DNA from: an uncultured Peptoniphilaceae bacterium | Lineage (GTDB): Bacteria; Bacillota; Clostridia; Tissierellales; Peptoniphilaceae | NCBI GenBank assembly: GCA_964432945.1 | Contig: CAYSPO010000001.1 | Location: 21,506 to 85,505 of the forward strand | DNA length: 64,000 nucleotides | Direction of reading: 5' to 3' | Part shown: piece by piece, positions 45,731-54,646 of the stretch | How positions within the stretch are numbered: position 1 is the first letter of the stretch | How the letters are laid out: each line of letters opens with the position of its first letter | Notes under the pieces: model-generated | Seen by the model: only the letters and a program-made list of their open reading frames with translations | Told to the model about the DNA's origin: nothing | The model's database searches: none | Translations under genes and position numbers: made by a program

Positions 45731-46069
45731 TTATATTCTATCTTTTAAAAGTTCTTTTATTTCCTCAGTTTTTAATACTTTTCCATAGGAAAGGACTTCT
45801 CCATCTAACACTAGGGCTGGTGTTGTCATTACACCATAGCTTGCTATTTCAGAAAAATCTGTTACATGCTCTACTTCTAAATCAAGATTTAATTCTGAGA
45901 TTGCTTTTATAGTGGCTTTTTCTAATTGTTTGCATTTTGCACAACCAGATCCTAGTATTTTTATTCCTTCGTTATTTTTTCTATCTTCTTCTTTGCTAAT
46001 TTTAATTGGAGTATCACTTGAACAACAACTACATTCTTTTGGTTTTTTATTTTTACCAAATAATTTCAT
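45731..46069 (-). CDS. thioredoxin-fold 'redox-active disulfide protein 2'-like protein with a Cys-rich N-terminal extension
   Basis: Core IKILGSGCAKCKQLE...TPALVLDGEV. Has a ~35-aa extension containing ECSCCSS. Confidence 0.7.
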   Translation of the reverse strand: MKLFGKNKKPKECSCCSSDTPIKISKEEDRKNNEGIKILGSGCAKCKQLEKATIKAISELNLDLEVEHVTDFSEIASYGVMTTPALVLDGEVLSYGKVLKTEEIKELLKDRI

Positions 46070-46080
46070 ATTATTCTCCT

Positions 46081-47121
46081 TTATATTAAAACTGGACTAA
46101 AAATATTAAAAATATAACCTACAATAATGATTCCTAAGGTACATATTGTGAAGAATAAAGCAAGTAGCTTAGGCTTTACGACTTTCTTTAACATTATTAA
46201 TGAAGGTAAACTTAAAGTAGTAACTGCCATCATAAAGGACAGTACAGTTCCTAATTGGGCACCTTTTGCTAGTAGGGCTTCGGCAACTGGAATTGTTCCG
46301 AAGATATCGGCATACATCGGTACACCAACAAGTGTTGCTAAGATTACTCCAAATGGATTATCTTGACCTAAAATACTTTCAATCCATTCTTGAGGTAGCC
46401 AATTATGTATAAATGCTCCTATTCCAACTCCTAATATAATATAAGGAAAAACTTTTTTAAAAGTTCCTACTACTTGTTCTTTAGCAAAATTTAATCTGTC
46501 TTTTTTATTTAGTGTTGGTGAGTTAATATCTACATTACCAGCCTCTGTTACAAAGCCTTCGACATATTCTTCCATGTGCATTTTTTCTATTAAGCTACCA
46601 CCAACAACTGCGATTACTAAACCTAGTAATACATAGGCAATTGCAATTTTTGCACCAAAAATACTCATTAACAAGACAAGACTTCCTAGATCAACCATAG
46701 GAGAAGATATTAGAAAAGAAAATGTAACACCTAGAGGTAGTCCTGCACTAGTGAATCCTATAAAAATTGGAATCGATGAACATGAACAAAACGGGGTTAT
46801 CGTTCCTAAAAGGGCAGATATGATGTTGGCTCCAAGTCCATTGAAACGACCTAGGATTTTTTTGCTTCTTTCTGGTGGGAAAAAGCTTTGTATATACGAA
46901 ATTATAAAAATAAGTAAACATAAGAGTATAGTTATTTTGATAACATCGTAGAAGAAAAATTGTAGACTTCCACCGACTTTACTAGTAATATCAATTCCAA
47001 AATTTGATAAGATATTACCTACCAGTTTGTTTAACCACTTCATACCTAGTACTTGGTTTTGAATGAATAGCCAAATAGAACTAAATAAATTCATAGAATC
47101 ACACTCCATTATTTTTTTCAT
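46081..47121 (-). CDS. polytopic permease, DUF318/ArsP-like family
   Basis: Motif TPFCSCSSIPIF. Two-repeat membrane protein. The true start may be ATG 47094 (MNLFSS...), because an operator-like repeat abuts ATG 47121. Confidence 0.75.
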   Translation of the reverse strand: MKKIMECDSMNLFSSIWLFIQNQVLGMKWLNKLVGNILSNFGIDITSKVGGSLQFFFYDVIKITILLCLLIFIISYIQSFFPPERSKKILGRFNGLGANIISALLGTITPFCSCSSIPIFIGFTSAGLPLGVTFSFLISSPMVDLGSLVLLMSIFGAKIAIAYVLLGLVIAVVGGSLIEKMHMEEYVEGFVTEAGNVDINSPTLNKKDRLNFAKEQVVGTFKKVFPYIILGVGIGAFIHNWLPQEWIESILGQDNPFGVILATLVGVPMYADIFGTIPVAEALLAKGAQLGTVLSFMMAVTTLSLPSLIMLKKVVKPKLLALFFTICTLGIIIVGYIFNIFSPVLI

Positions 47122-47137
47122 ATCAAATAAATTTGAT
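47122..47137. promoter_or_regulatory. ArsR-operator-like inverted repeat, copy 1
   Basis: ATCAAATAAATTTGAT (14 of 16 positions palindromic), immediately upstream of the permease ORF. Confidence 0.4.
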
Positions 47138-47174
47138 GTATAAAGTATTTTAAAAAGCCATCGAAAGATGACTT

Positions 47175-47480
47175 TTATTTAAAGCATTCTAATTTTTCTT
47201 TTGTATTGGAAAGTGATAATTCTAATACTCTATTAGAAGCATATTTAATACCTTCTTTATTAAGGCTATAATGTGTCCATTTTCCCTCTTGTCTACTAGA
47301 AACTATCCCAGATTCACATAATATTTTCATATGATAGGATAGAGCAGATTGTCCCATGTCCATATAGTCTATTAGAACACATGCACATTTTTCTCCGTTT
47401 TTTAAGTGGTCTAGAATTCTTAACCTTTTTTCATCGGCAAGAGCTTTAAAAATTTGAGCATCTCTAGAAAAATCTGTCAT
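47175..47480 (-). CDS. ArsR/SmtB-family metal(loid)-responsive repressor
   Basis: Winged-helix ...LADEKRLRILDHL..GEKCACVLIDYMDMGQSALSYHMKIL, with a CxC sensing pair at the alpha-3 position. Confidence 0.85.
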   Translation of the reverse strand: MTDFSRDAQIFKALADEKRLRILDHLKNGEKCACVLIDYMDMGQSALSYHMKILCESGIVSSRQEGKWTHYSLNKEGIKYASNRVLELSLSNTKEKLECFK

Positions 47481-47493
47481 ATTTTCACCCCTT

Positions 47494-47515
47494 ACATCAA
47501 AAATATTTGATATGT
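47494..47515. promoter_or_regulatory. ArsR-operator-like inverted repeat, copy 2
   Basis: ACATCAAAAATATTTGATATGT, 14 nt upstream of the arsR-like start codon. Confidence 0.4.
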
Positions 47516-47550
47516 ATATCTTACTCCTTTATTTATCTATTGTCAATAAT

Positions 47551-47572
47551 TACATCAAATAAATTTTATGTA
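47551..47572. promoter_or_regulatory. ArsR-operator-like inverted repeat, copy 3
   Basis: TACATCAAATAAATTTTATGTA, in the same family as copies 1 and 2. Confidence 0.35.
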
Positions 47573-47709
47573 TTAGTTATTTTAATACTCACATATTAAT
47601 ATAAGTTATACATATATATGTGTTATAAAAAAACATAATCCTACTATATTATAATAAATGATACACTGTTTAAGTGAAAGAGTAATGATAACTATTATAG
47701 GAGGTGATT

Positions 47710-49098
47710 ATGAAAGGTTATTTATTTGTAGACTTTGGAAGTACCAATACTAAACTTACTTTAGTGGATATAGATAAAGAAGAAATTGCTGCAACAGCTA
47801 GATCTTATACAACGGTTGAAACAGATGTTATGGAAGGCTTTCATATTGCCCTTGATGAAATAAAATCTAAAGTAGATGAAGAAATTGAAATAGTGAAAAC
47901 TTCAGTTTGTTCATCAGCTGCAGGTGGACTTCAAATAATTGCGATTGGTCTTGTTCCAGCTTTAACATCTGAAGCAGCTAAAAGAGCAGCTTTAGGTGCA
48001 GGAGCTAAGATTACAGGAGTTTATTCTCATGAGCTTAATAGAGCAGAACTTGAAGAAATTGTTTCTTCAAATCCAGATATTGTTCTTTTAGCAGGTGGAA
48101 CCAATGGAGGCAATAAGGAAGTTATAATACATAACGCAAGAATGCTTAGAGAAAATAATATTAAATGTCCTATTGTAGTTGCTGGAAATAAATCAGTTAA
48201 TGATGAAATCTCTAAAATCTTTGAGGGTAGTATTGAATATTTTATAACTGAGAACGTTATGCCTAAAATCAATGAGCTAAATGTAGAGCCTTGCAGGGAG
48301 ACTATAAGGGAAATCTTTATGGATAATATTGCCAAGGCAAAGGGAATGGAAAAGATAGAAGAAGAGATAGGTCAAGTTGTTATGCCAACCCCTGCAGCTG
48401 TTCTTACAGCAGCTGAAACTTTATCTAAAGGAAACAAAAATGAAGAAGGCTTTGGAGATTTAGCTGTTGTTGATATTGGTGGGGCAACAACAGATATTCA
48501 TTCAATTGCCAAGGGTTGGCCAAGTAATCCTTCTGTAAGTTTTAAGGGGCTTGAAGAGCCTTTCGCTAAACGAACTGTAGAAGGCGATTTAGGTATGAGA
48601 TATTCTTGTCCTCATGTTTATGAAGCTAATCCTGAAATGTTTGAAAATTACTTAGGTGATAAGTGGGATTATGAAATAGATAAAGAAATAGAAAAGAGAA
48701 TTGATAATCCATCTTTTATTGCAACAGAAGATAGAGATCTAAATTTTGATATAAGTATAGCAAAAGTGTGTTCTAGGCTTTCTATGACTAGACATGCAGG
48801 TATTGTTAAAGAAGTATATTCGCCGATTGGGCCAATATTCCAGCAAACAGGAAAAGATTTACTTAATCTCCCAGTTGTAATAGGAACTGGTGGTGTTCTT
48901 GTTAACACAAACTATCCTTATGAAATCTTAAAATCTACAGTTTATAATACAGAAGAATCTGATTCGCTAAAACCTCAAAATCCTGAGTTCTATATAGATG
49001 AGAATTATGTGCTATCTGCGATGGGACTTTTATCTATGATTGATGAAGATTTAGCTGTTAGGGTGATGAAGAAGAATTTGAAATTAATTAAAAAATAA
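47710..49098 (+). CDS. GlmL/MutL-like ASKHA-fold protein (glutamate-mutase accessory family)
   Basis: ATG 47710 follows AGGAGG. Has LFVDFGSTNTKLTLVD and VVDIGGATTDIHS phosphate-binding motifs. Size is about 460 aa. Confidence 0.6.
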   Translation: MKGYLFVDFGSTNTKLTLVDIDKEEIAATARSYTTVETDVMEGFHIALDEIKSKVDEEIEIVKTSVCSSAAGGLQIIAIGLVPALTSEAAKRAALGAGAKITGVYSHELNRAELEEIVSSNPDIVLLAGGTNGGNKEVIIHNARMLRENNIKCPIVVAGNKSVNDEISKIFEGSIEYFITENVMPKINELNVEPCRETIREIFMDNIAKAKGMEKIEEEIGQVVMPTPAAVLTAAETLSKGNKNEEGFGDLAVVDIGGATTDIHSIAKGWPSNPSVSFKGLEEPFAKRTVEGDLGMRYSCPHVYEANPEMFENYLGDKWDYEIDKEIEKRIDNPSFIATEDRDLNFDISIAKVCSRLSMTRHAGIVKEVYSPIGPIFQQTGKDLLNLPVVIGTGGVLVNTNYPYEILKSTVYNTEESDSLKPQNPEFYIDENYVLSAMGLLSMIDEDLAVRVMKKNLKLIKK

Positions 49099-49099
49099 T

Positions 49100-49280
49100 A
49101 TTGAAGGAATCTGGTTAGAATCCAGAACAGCTTACTCTACTGTGTGATTGACGATAAGGCAGGAGCCACTTAACGGGAAGGCGCTTTAATTCGGTTGAAA
49201 TCAAGTCAGGATACCTCAAGAACTTTTTTCGGTAAGGATTAAAAAGTGGCCTAACCTCTTTTTGCTTATCGTTTTTTTTA
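49100..49280 (+). promoter_or_regulatory. cobalamin (B12) riboswitch upstream of the methyltransferase operon
   Basis: Conserved blocks GGAAUCUGGUUAGAAUCCAGAACAGC, CUACUGU, GAGCCACU, GGGAAGGCG, and the B12 box AAGUCAGGAUACCUC. The expression platform ends in a U8 run (49272..49279). Its exact folding is unresolved. Confidence 0.85.
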
Positions 49281-49389
49281 TACAAAAATATATTTTAATT
49301 ACTGATTAATAATACCAGTAATTAGATTGTTATTATAGGAATTAAAATTTTTTACACATATTAGATTTAATTTAGTTAAATTAAAGGAG

Positions 49390-50277
49390 ATGAATATTTT
49401 AGTGGAAAATATGAAAATAAGGGACTACTCTTGTTTTAATGACAATCCAACAACTATTAATCCAGAGGTAAAACAATCTTTGAATTTACAATTTCCGGAT
49501 GCTTACAAAGAGGCTAAGTCTATGGCTAATATTTCAAAGTATATAAGGCAGAAAAATGAAACGCCTTATGCCACACTTCCTTTTTGTTATACAGTTGAAG
49601 GGGAAGCCTTTGGAGGAAATGTGAACTATGGTGATGAAAATATTGGTCCAAGGGGTGCAAATCCAATTTTCAAAAATCTTGAAGAATTTTTAAAAATTCC
49701 TGACATAGATTTTTCTAAAGGAAGAATTAAGGAAGTTTTAGATGCTATTGAAATTCTTAAAGAAGATGGCGAAGATGTAATACTTAAGGTTTCAGGGCCT
49801 ATTGCAGTTTTGAATATTTTAACTGAGCCTAAAAATATATTTAAGACTATGCGAAGAAATCCTGAACTAATGGATAAGGTTTATGAAAAAGTCCATAGAA
49901 ATATAAAGGCCTATATCCAAGAGGGAATAAAAAGAGGAGCAGATATTATATCTTATGGGGACTCTGCAGTATCAGTGAGTATTTTAGGGGATAAGATGAT
50001 GGTTCAATATATAGATAATTTTCTTGTAGATTTTCTTAAGGATTTAGAAAATACTCTAGAGAAGAAAGTTCCTATACATATATGTCCTAAGTTAACTTAT
50101 GGCTTAATAGATTCAGGGAGAGCTGAATTTGTTGATGTAGCTGTTGATGAAAATCTTAACTATGGAGAAGCTTTTCCAGAAGTTCTAGATGAAGGAATTC
50201 TTATAGGTTCTAGATGTATCAATAATATTAAAAGTCATATGAAAAGTGGAAAAATAGAAGTTATTAAAATTAAATAA
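49390..50277 (+). CDS. URO-D-like methyltransferase (short paralogue; candidate substrate:corrinoid MT)
   Basis: 295 aa. VSGPIAVLNIL, ADIISYGDSA and IHICPK motifs resemble MtaA/URO-D TIM-barrel methyltransferases. The start is uncertain (ATG 49390, GTG 49402 or ATG 49411). Confidence 0.5.
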   Translation: MNILVENMKIRDYSCFNDNPTTINPEVKQSLNLQFPDAYKEAKSMANISKYIRQKNETPYATLPFCYTVEGEAFGGNVNYGDENIGPRGANPIFKNLEEFLKIPDIDFSKGRIKEVLDAIEILKEDGEDVILKVSGPIAVLNILTEPKNIFKTMRRNPELMDKVYEKVHRNIKAYIQEGIKRGADIISYGDSAVSVSILGDKMMVQYIDNFLVDFLKDLENTLEKKVPIHICPKLTYGLIDSGRAEFVDVAVDENLNYGEAFPEVLDEGILIGSRCINNIKSHMKSGKIEVIKIK

Positions 50278-50297
50278 AAAATAAAGGAGAGATAAAA

Positions 50298-50954
50298 ATG
50301 ACAAGATCAAAAGATGAATTATTATTAGAATTAAAAAACATGGTAATTGATATGGAAGATGAAGAAATAGCCGAAGTTGCTCAAGAATACATAGATGCAG
50401 GATATGATGCCTATGAAGGTATTATGGAAGGACTTGTAGCAGGAATGAATGTTGTATCTGAGTATTATGATGAAGGTGAATATTTTATAACTGACGTTTT
50501 AATTGCATCTGATGCAATGTATAACGGTCTTGATGTTATTCAACCACACCTAGAAAAAAATGATGATGAGAAAAAAGTAACAGGAGTTATCGGTGTTGTT
50601 GAAGGAGATACTCATGATATTGGTAAGAACCTTGTTAAAATTATGATGGAAACAGCTGGTTTTAATATGATTGACTTAGGTAGAGATGTTCCTCTTTCTC
50701 AATTTGTAGATGCAGCTATTGAGTCTGATGCTCAGTTAGTTTGTATGTCCACTTTAATGACTACAACAATGGGTGGAATGGAAACTGTTATCCAACACTT
50801 AGAAGAAGCAGGAATTAGAGATAAAGTAAAAGTTATGATTGGTGGAGGCCCAATTTCAAATAAATTTGCAGAGAAAATTGGAGCAGATGCATATACTGAA
50901 AATGCAGTTGAAGCAGCAAAAAGAGCAAAAGAATTGCTTAATATAGGAGCATAG
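50298..50954 (+). CDS. corrinoid (B12-binding) protein
   Basis: B12-binding signature GDTHDIGKN (DxHxxG), with MSTLMTTT and MIGGGPI. Has the N-terminal helical cap domain. Confidence 0.85.
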   Translation: MTRSKDELLLELKNMVIDMEDEEIAEVAQEYIDAGYDAYEGIMEGLVAGMNVVSEYYDEGEYFITDVLIASDAMYNGLDVIQPHLEKNDDEKKVTGVIGVVEGDTHDIGKNLVKIMMETAGFNMIDLGRDVPLSQFVDAAIESDAQLVCMSTLMTTTMGGMETVIQHLEEAGIRDKVKVMIGGGPISNKFAEKIGADAYTENAVEAAKRAKELLNIGA

Positions 50955-50961
50955 GTGAAAT

Positions 50962-51975
50962 ATGAATTCTAAAGCCAGACTTATTGAAGTATTAAGAGGC
51001 AACGATGTAGACAGACCTCCTGTTATGTGTCCAGGGGGAATGATGAATATGATTACTAAAGATCTTCAAGATATTTCTGGAATTGATTACGAAGAAGCCC
51101 ACTGGGATGCAGAAAAAATGGCTGGGCTTGCCATGGCAGTTGTTGAGAACAATATTTTTGAAAATTATGGTATTCCGTTTGATATGACTGCTGAATCTGA
51201 AGATATGGGAGCTGAGGTTGATTTAGGAACTGATATTTATGAACCACATGTTTCAGGATATCCTATAAAATCAGTTGAACATTACAATATTCTAAAACCT
51301 ATTAACTTTGATGAAGGTAGGTGTAAGGTTGTAATTGATGGGATAAAGATACTTAAAGAAAAAGGAAATCCTGATATACCAATAGTAGGAAATGTTACAG
51401 GACCTTTTTCAACTGCAGGATCTGTTATGGATCCGGTGCCATTTTATAAAGAATTAATTAGAAAAAGAGAAATGGCTCATGAATATATGGAATTTATAAC
51501 TGAACAAGTTGTAGCTTTTGCTGTAAAACAAGCAGAGGCTGGAGCCGATATAATTTCTATTTCTGATCCTACTGCTACTGGAGAGTTATTAGGGCCAAAA
51601 ATGTTTGTGGAATATGCAGTTCCGTACTTAAATAAGGTTCTCGATGCTCTTCCTGATGATGTATTTACCATAGTTCATATATGCGGTAGGATGCAGGCTG
51701 TTTTGAAAGAATTTGATGCTGTCAAAGCAGATGCTCTAAGTTTTGATTCCTATGTTCCTATCTCTAAGGTAAAAGAAGTTTTAGGTCATAGAGTAGTTAT
51801 GGGAAATGTTAGCACATATTCTTTGGAATTTATGGATCCAGAGAAAATTAGGTCTCTTACTAGAAACACTATAAATAATGGAACAGATATAGTAGCACCT
51901 GCTTGTGGAATTGGTATGAAGACTCCAATTGAAAATTTAAAAGCAATGTTAGAAGAAGTTAAGGAAGAAGATTAG
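50962..51975 (+). CDS. MtaA/URO-D-family methylcorrinoid methyltransferase
   Basis: 337 aa. Zn motif VHICGRM...APACGIG. PPVMCPGGMMN N-terminus. Confidence 0.75.
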   Translation: MNSKARLIEVLRGNDVDRPPVMCPGGMMNMITKDLQDISGIDYEEAHWDAEKMAGLAMAVVENNIFENYGIPFDMTAESEDMGAEVDLGTDIYEPHVSGYPIKSVEHYNILKPINFDEGRCKVVIDGIKILKEKGNPDIPIVGNVTGPFSTAGSVMDPVPFYKELIRKREMAHEYMEFITEQVVAFAVKQAEAGADIISISDPTATGELLGPKMFVEYAVPYLNKVLDALPDDVFTIVHICGRMQAVLKEFDAVKADALSFDSYVPISKVKEVLGHRVVMGNVSTYSLEFMDPEKIRSLTRNTINNGTDIVAPACGIGMKTPIENLKAMLEEVKEED

Positions 51976-53598
51976 ATGAAAAAAGTTAAGATTTTTAATG
52001 AAGATATTAGCTTTGAAGTAGAAGACGATGTAACTTTATTAGAAGCACTTGTTAACCATGGGCATTTTATAGATAATCCTTGCAATGGAAAAGGAACTTG
52101 TGGTAAGTGTAAGGTTAAAATTCATTCAGGAGATCCGGGAGAAATCGGTATTTCTGAAAGAAAACATATTAGAGAAAAAGACGAAGCAGAAGGAATAAGA
52201 CTATCTTGTTTAATCACTGATTGGACTGAGCTCGAGGTAGAACTTATTCAAAATGAAAGAAAAACAAAAGTATTAACTAAAGGATATATTCCAGAATTCG
52301 AAATGCATTTTAAAGAAGGATATGGAATTTCTATTGATATAGGAACAACTACTGTAGCAGTATCTTTAATTGATTTAAGAGATGGAGAAACTAAGGCAGA
52401 CGCTTCTATGGTTAATATGCAAAAGAACTTTGGACTTGATGTTTTAACAAGGATTTCTTATGCAGCTGACCACCCTGATGGGAAGGATAAGTTACAAGAA
52501 GCAATTGTAGGCTCTATCAATAGCATGATAAGTTTACTTGTTGAAGAAGCTAAAATTGATCCAGATGAAATACTAGAAATAATTATTTCAGCTAACACAA
52601 CTATGGCTCACTTACTTATGGGAATAGATTCAACAAGTATGGGAAGATACCCATATAAACCAGCTTTTACTAAAAGTCAAAAAGTTCTTGCTAGCGAAAT
52701 AGGTTTAGAAGCTGGAAAAGATACTATTCTTTATACATTACCTCATGTTTCAGCTTTTATAGGCTCAGATGTTGTAGCTGGAGTATATGTAGCAGAGATG
52801 GAAAAGAAAAAAGAAAACCAACTTTTCATCGATATTGGAACAAATGGTGAAATTGTTTTAGCTAAAGAGGGTAAACTTTATTCTTGTTCATGTGCTGCAG
52901 GTCCAGCTTTGGAAGGAATGAATATTTCTTGCGGTATGAGAGCAGAGCCAGGTGCCATTGAAGATATTACTATAAGTGAAGAAGGCGTAAAGCTGAAAAC
53001 AATAGATGATGAAGATCCTATAGGTATTTGTGGCTCAGGTATTTTAGCAGTTGTTAAAGAATTACTTAAGGTTGGCTTAGTAAAAGATAGAGGAGTTTTT
53101 ATTAAAAAAGAAGATTTATCTGAAGATGATTATAGGTATGACCTTATCGAACTTGATGGTAAAAAAAGGGAATTCTTAATGAATGAATCTCCAAGACTTG
53201 TTATAACTCAAGATGATGTTAGGCAAGTTCAGCTAGCTAAAGGAGCAATCTTGTCAGGATTTTTAGCTCTTCTTAATGTAGCGGGTATTACTATGGATGA
53301 CCTTGATGTTGTCTATGTTGCTGGTCAATTCGGTTCTCATCTGCCAGCAGATTCATTAGTTGGGACTGGAATTCTTCCAGCAGGAGTTAAAGATAAGATT
53401 CAATATCTTGGGAACTCTGCCAAGACAGGAGCATATATGGCTCTTATGAATAATGATATAAAAGAAGAATTAAATAGAATTGCAAAAGATATAGAATATG
53501 TTGAATTGGCTGTTACTGAAAATTATGAAAGTATATTTAGAAATTCAATGATATATCCTAAGTTTAAAGATGGAAAATTGATAGAGGAGATAAAATGA
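51976..53598 (+). CDS. RACE-type reductive activator of corrinoid enzymes (2Fe-2S ferredoxin + ASKHA ATPase)
   Basis: N-terminal plant-type 2Fe-2S motif CNGKGTCGKCKV...SC. ASKHA motifs ISIDIGTTTVAV and FIDIGTNGEIVL. Confidence 0.8.
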   Translation: MKKVKIFNEDISFEVEDDVTLLEALVNHGHFIDNPCNGKGTCGKCKVKIHSGDPGEIGISERKHIREKDEAEGIRLSCLITDWTELEVELIQNERKTKVLTKGYIPEFEMHFKEGYGISIDIGTTTVAVSLIDLRDGETKADASMVNMQKNFGLDVLTRISYAADHPDGKDKLQEAIVGSINSMISLLVEEAKIDPDEILEIIISANTTMAHLLMGIDSTSMGRYPYKPAFTKSQKVLASEIGLEAGKDTILYTLPHVSAFIGSDVVAGVYVAEMEKKKENQLFIDIGTNGEIVLAKEGKLYSCSCAAGPALEGMNISCGMRAEPGAIEDITISEEGVKLKTIDDEDPIGICGSGILAVVKELLKVGLVKDRGVFIKKEDLSEDDYRYDLIELDGKKREFLMNESPRLVITQDDVRQVQLAKGAILSGFLALLNVAGITMDDLDVVYVAGQFGSHLPADSLVGTGILPAGVKDKIQYLGNSAKTGAYMALMNNDIKEELNRIAKDIEYVELAVTENYESIFRNSMIYPKFKDGKLIEEIK

Positions 53599-54491
53599 AA
53601 GTTGATATAATATCAGGATTTTTAGGGGCAGGAAAAACAAGCTTTATTAATAAATATCTTCCATTAATAGAAGGAAAGTCAGCTTTAATAGAAAATGAAT
53701 TTGGAGATGTTTCTATTGATACAGACCTAATAATAGAAGAAGTGCCTGTAAAAGAGATTTTTGCTGGCTGCATTTGCTGTACTCTCAGAGGTGATTTTGC
53801 TAGTGGAATAAAGGAAATTCATGATGAATTTAATCCAGAAACCATAGTAATAGAGCCATCAGGTGTTGGTAGATTGTCTGATGTTATTCAAGGCATAAAA
53901 GATGCAAGTAGGATGACAAACATTAATCTTGAAATAAATAAATTAGTTTCATTAGTAGATATAGATACTTACTGGGACTATAAAGAAAATTTCGGACCAT
54001 TTTATCTAGATCAAATAGAGAATGCAAATATAATATTTTTAACTAACTTAGAAGATTTTTCAGATGAAGAAATATCAAAGGTAGCCAAGGATATAGCACA
54101 GCTTAATAGCAAGGCAGTTGTTTTCTCATCAGATTATAGAAAGCTAGATAAAGAAGATTTAATTCAAGTAATAGATACAGCAGAAATTGGTTTTTTAGGG
54201 GAAGAAGAAAAATCAGTTTCAAACCCTGCTGATTTAGTTTTCTCTAGCTTTAGTATAGAGAGTAAAGGATTAACTGAAGAAAAGATAACTGAATGTATAG
54301 AAGAAATTGAAAAAGGTGAATTTGGAAAGCTTCTAAGGTTAAAAGGTTTTATAAATGATGGAGGAGGTAAAATTATTAATTACACTCCTTCAAAACTAGA
54401 TATAGAAGAAACTGATAAAAACCTTGATGAAGTTATTGTAATCATAGGAACGGATTTAAAGAGAAAGAACATTAAAGATTTATTTAATTAA
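53595..54491 (+). CDS. CobW/COG0523-family G3E GTPase metallochaperone
   Basis: P-loop GFLGAGKTSF and the CxCC motif GCICCTLRGDF. ATGA overlap with the upstream gene. Confidence 0.75.
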   Translation: MKVDIISGFLGAGKTSFINKYLPLIEGKSALIENEFGDVSIDTDLIIEEVPVKEIFAGCICCTLRGDFASGIKEIHDEFNPETIVIEPSGVGRLSDVIQGIKDASRMTNINLEINKLVSLVDIDTYWDYKENFGPFYLDQIENANIIFLTNLEDFSDEEISKVAKDIAQLNSKAVVFSSDYRKLDKEDLIQVIDTAEIGFLGEEEKSVSNPADLVFSSFSIESKGLTEEKITECIEEIEKGEFGKLLRLKGFINDGGGKIINYTPSKLDIEETDKNLDEVIVIIGTDLKRKNIKDLFN

Positions 54492-54646
54492 GGAGAAAAC
54501 ACAATATATCATTGGAAAAACAATATAAAGGATTAAACTAAGCTTTAGTTTAAAAGTAAGCACTTAAAATGTATCTTTTTATAGATGCTAAATATTTACA
54601 CTTAATATAAAGGCTTTCAAATAAAACAAATAATTAGGGAGGCAAT

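Noticed and set aside
45643-46100. Plus-strand ORFs 45643..45912 and 45912..46100.
   Set aside because: They lie antisense to the thioredoxin-fold gene 45731..46069, which has a clear CxxC core. Their translations are Leu/Phe-rich low-complexity sequence.
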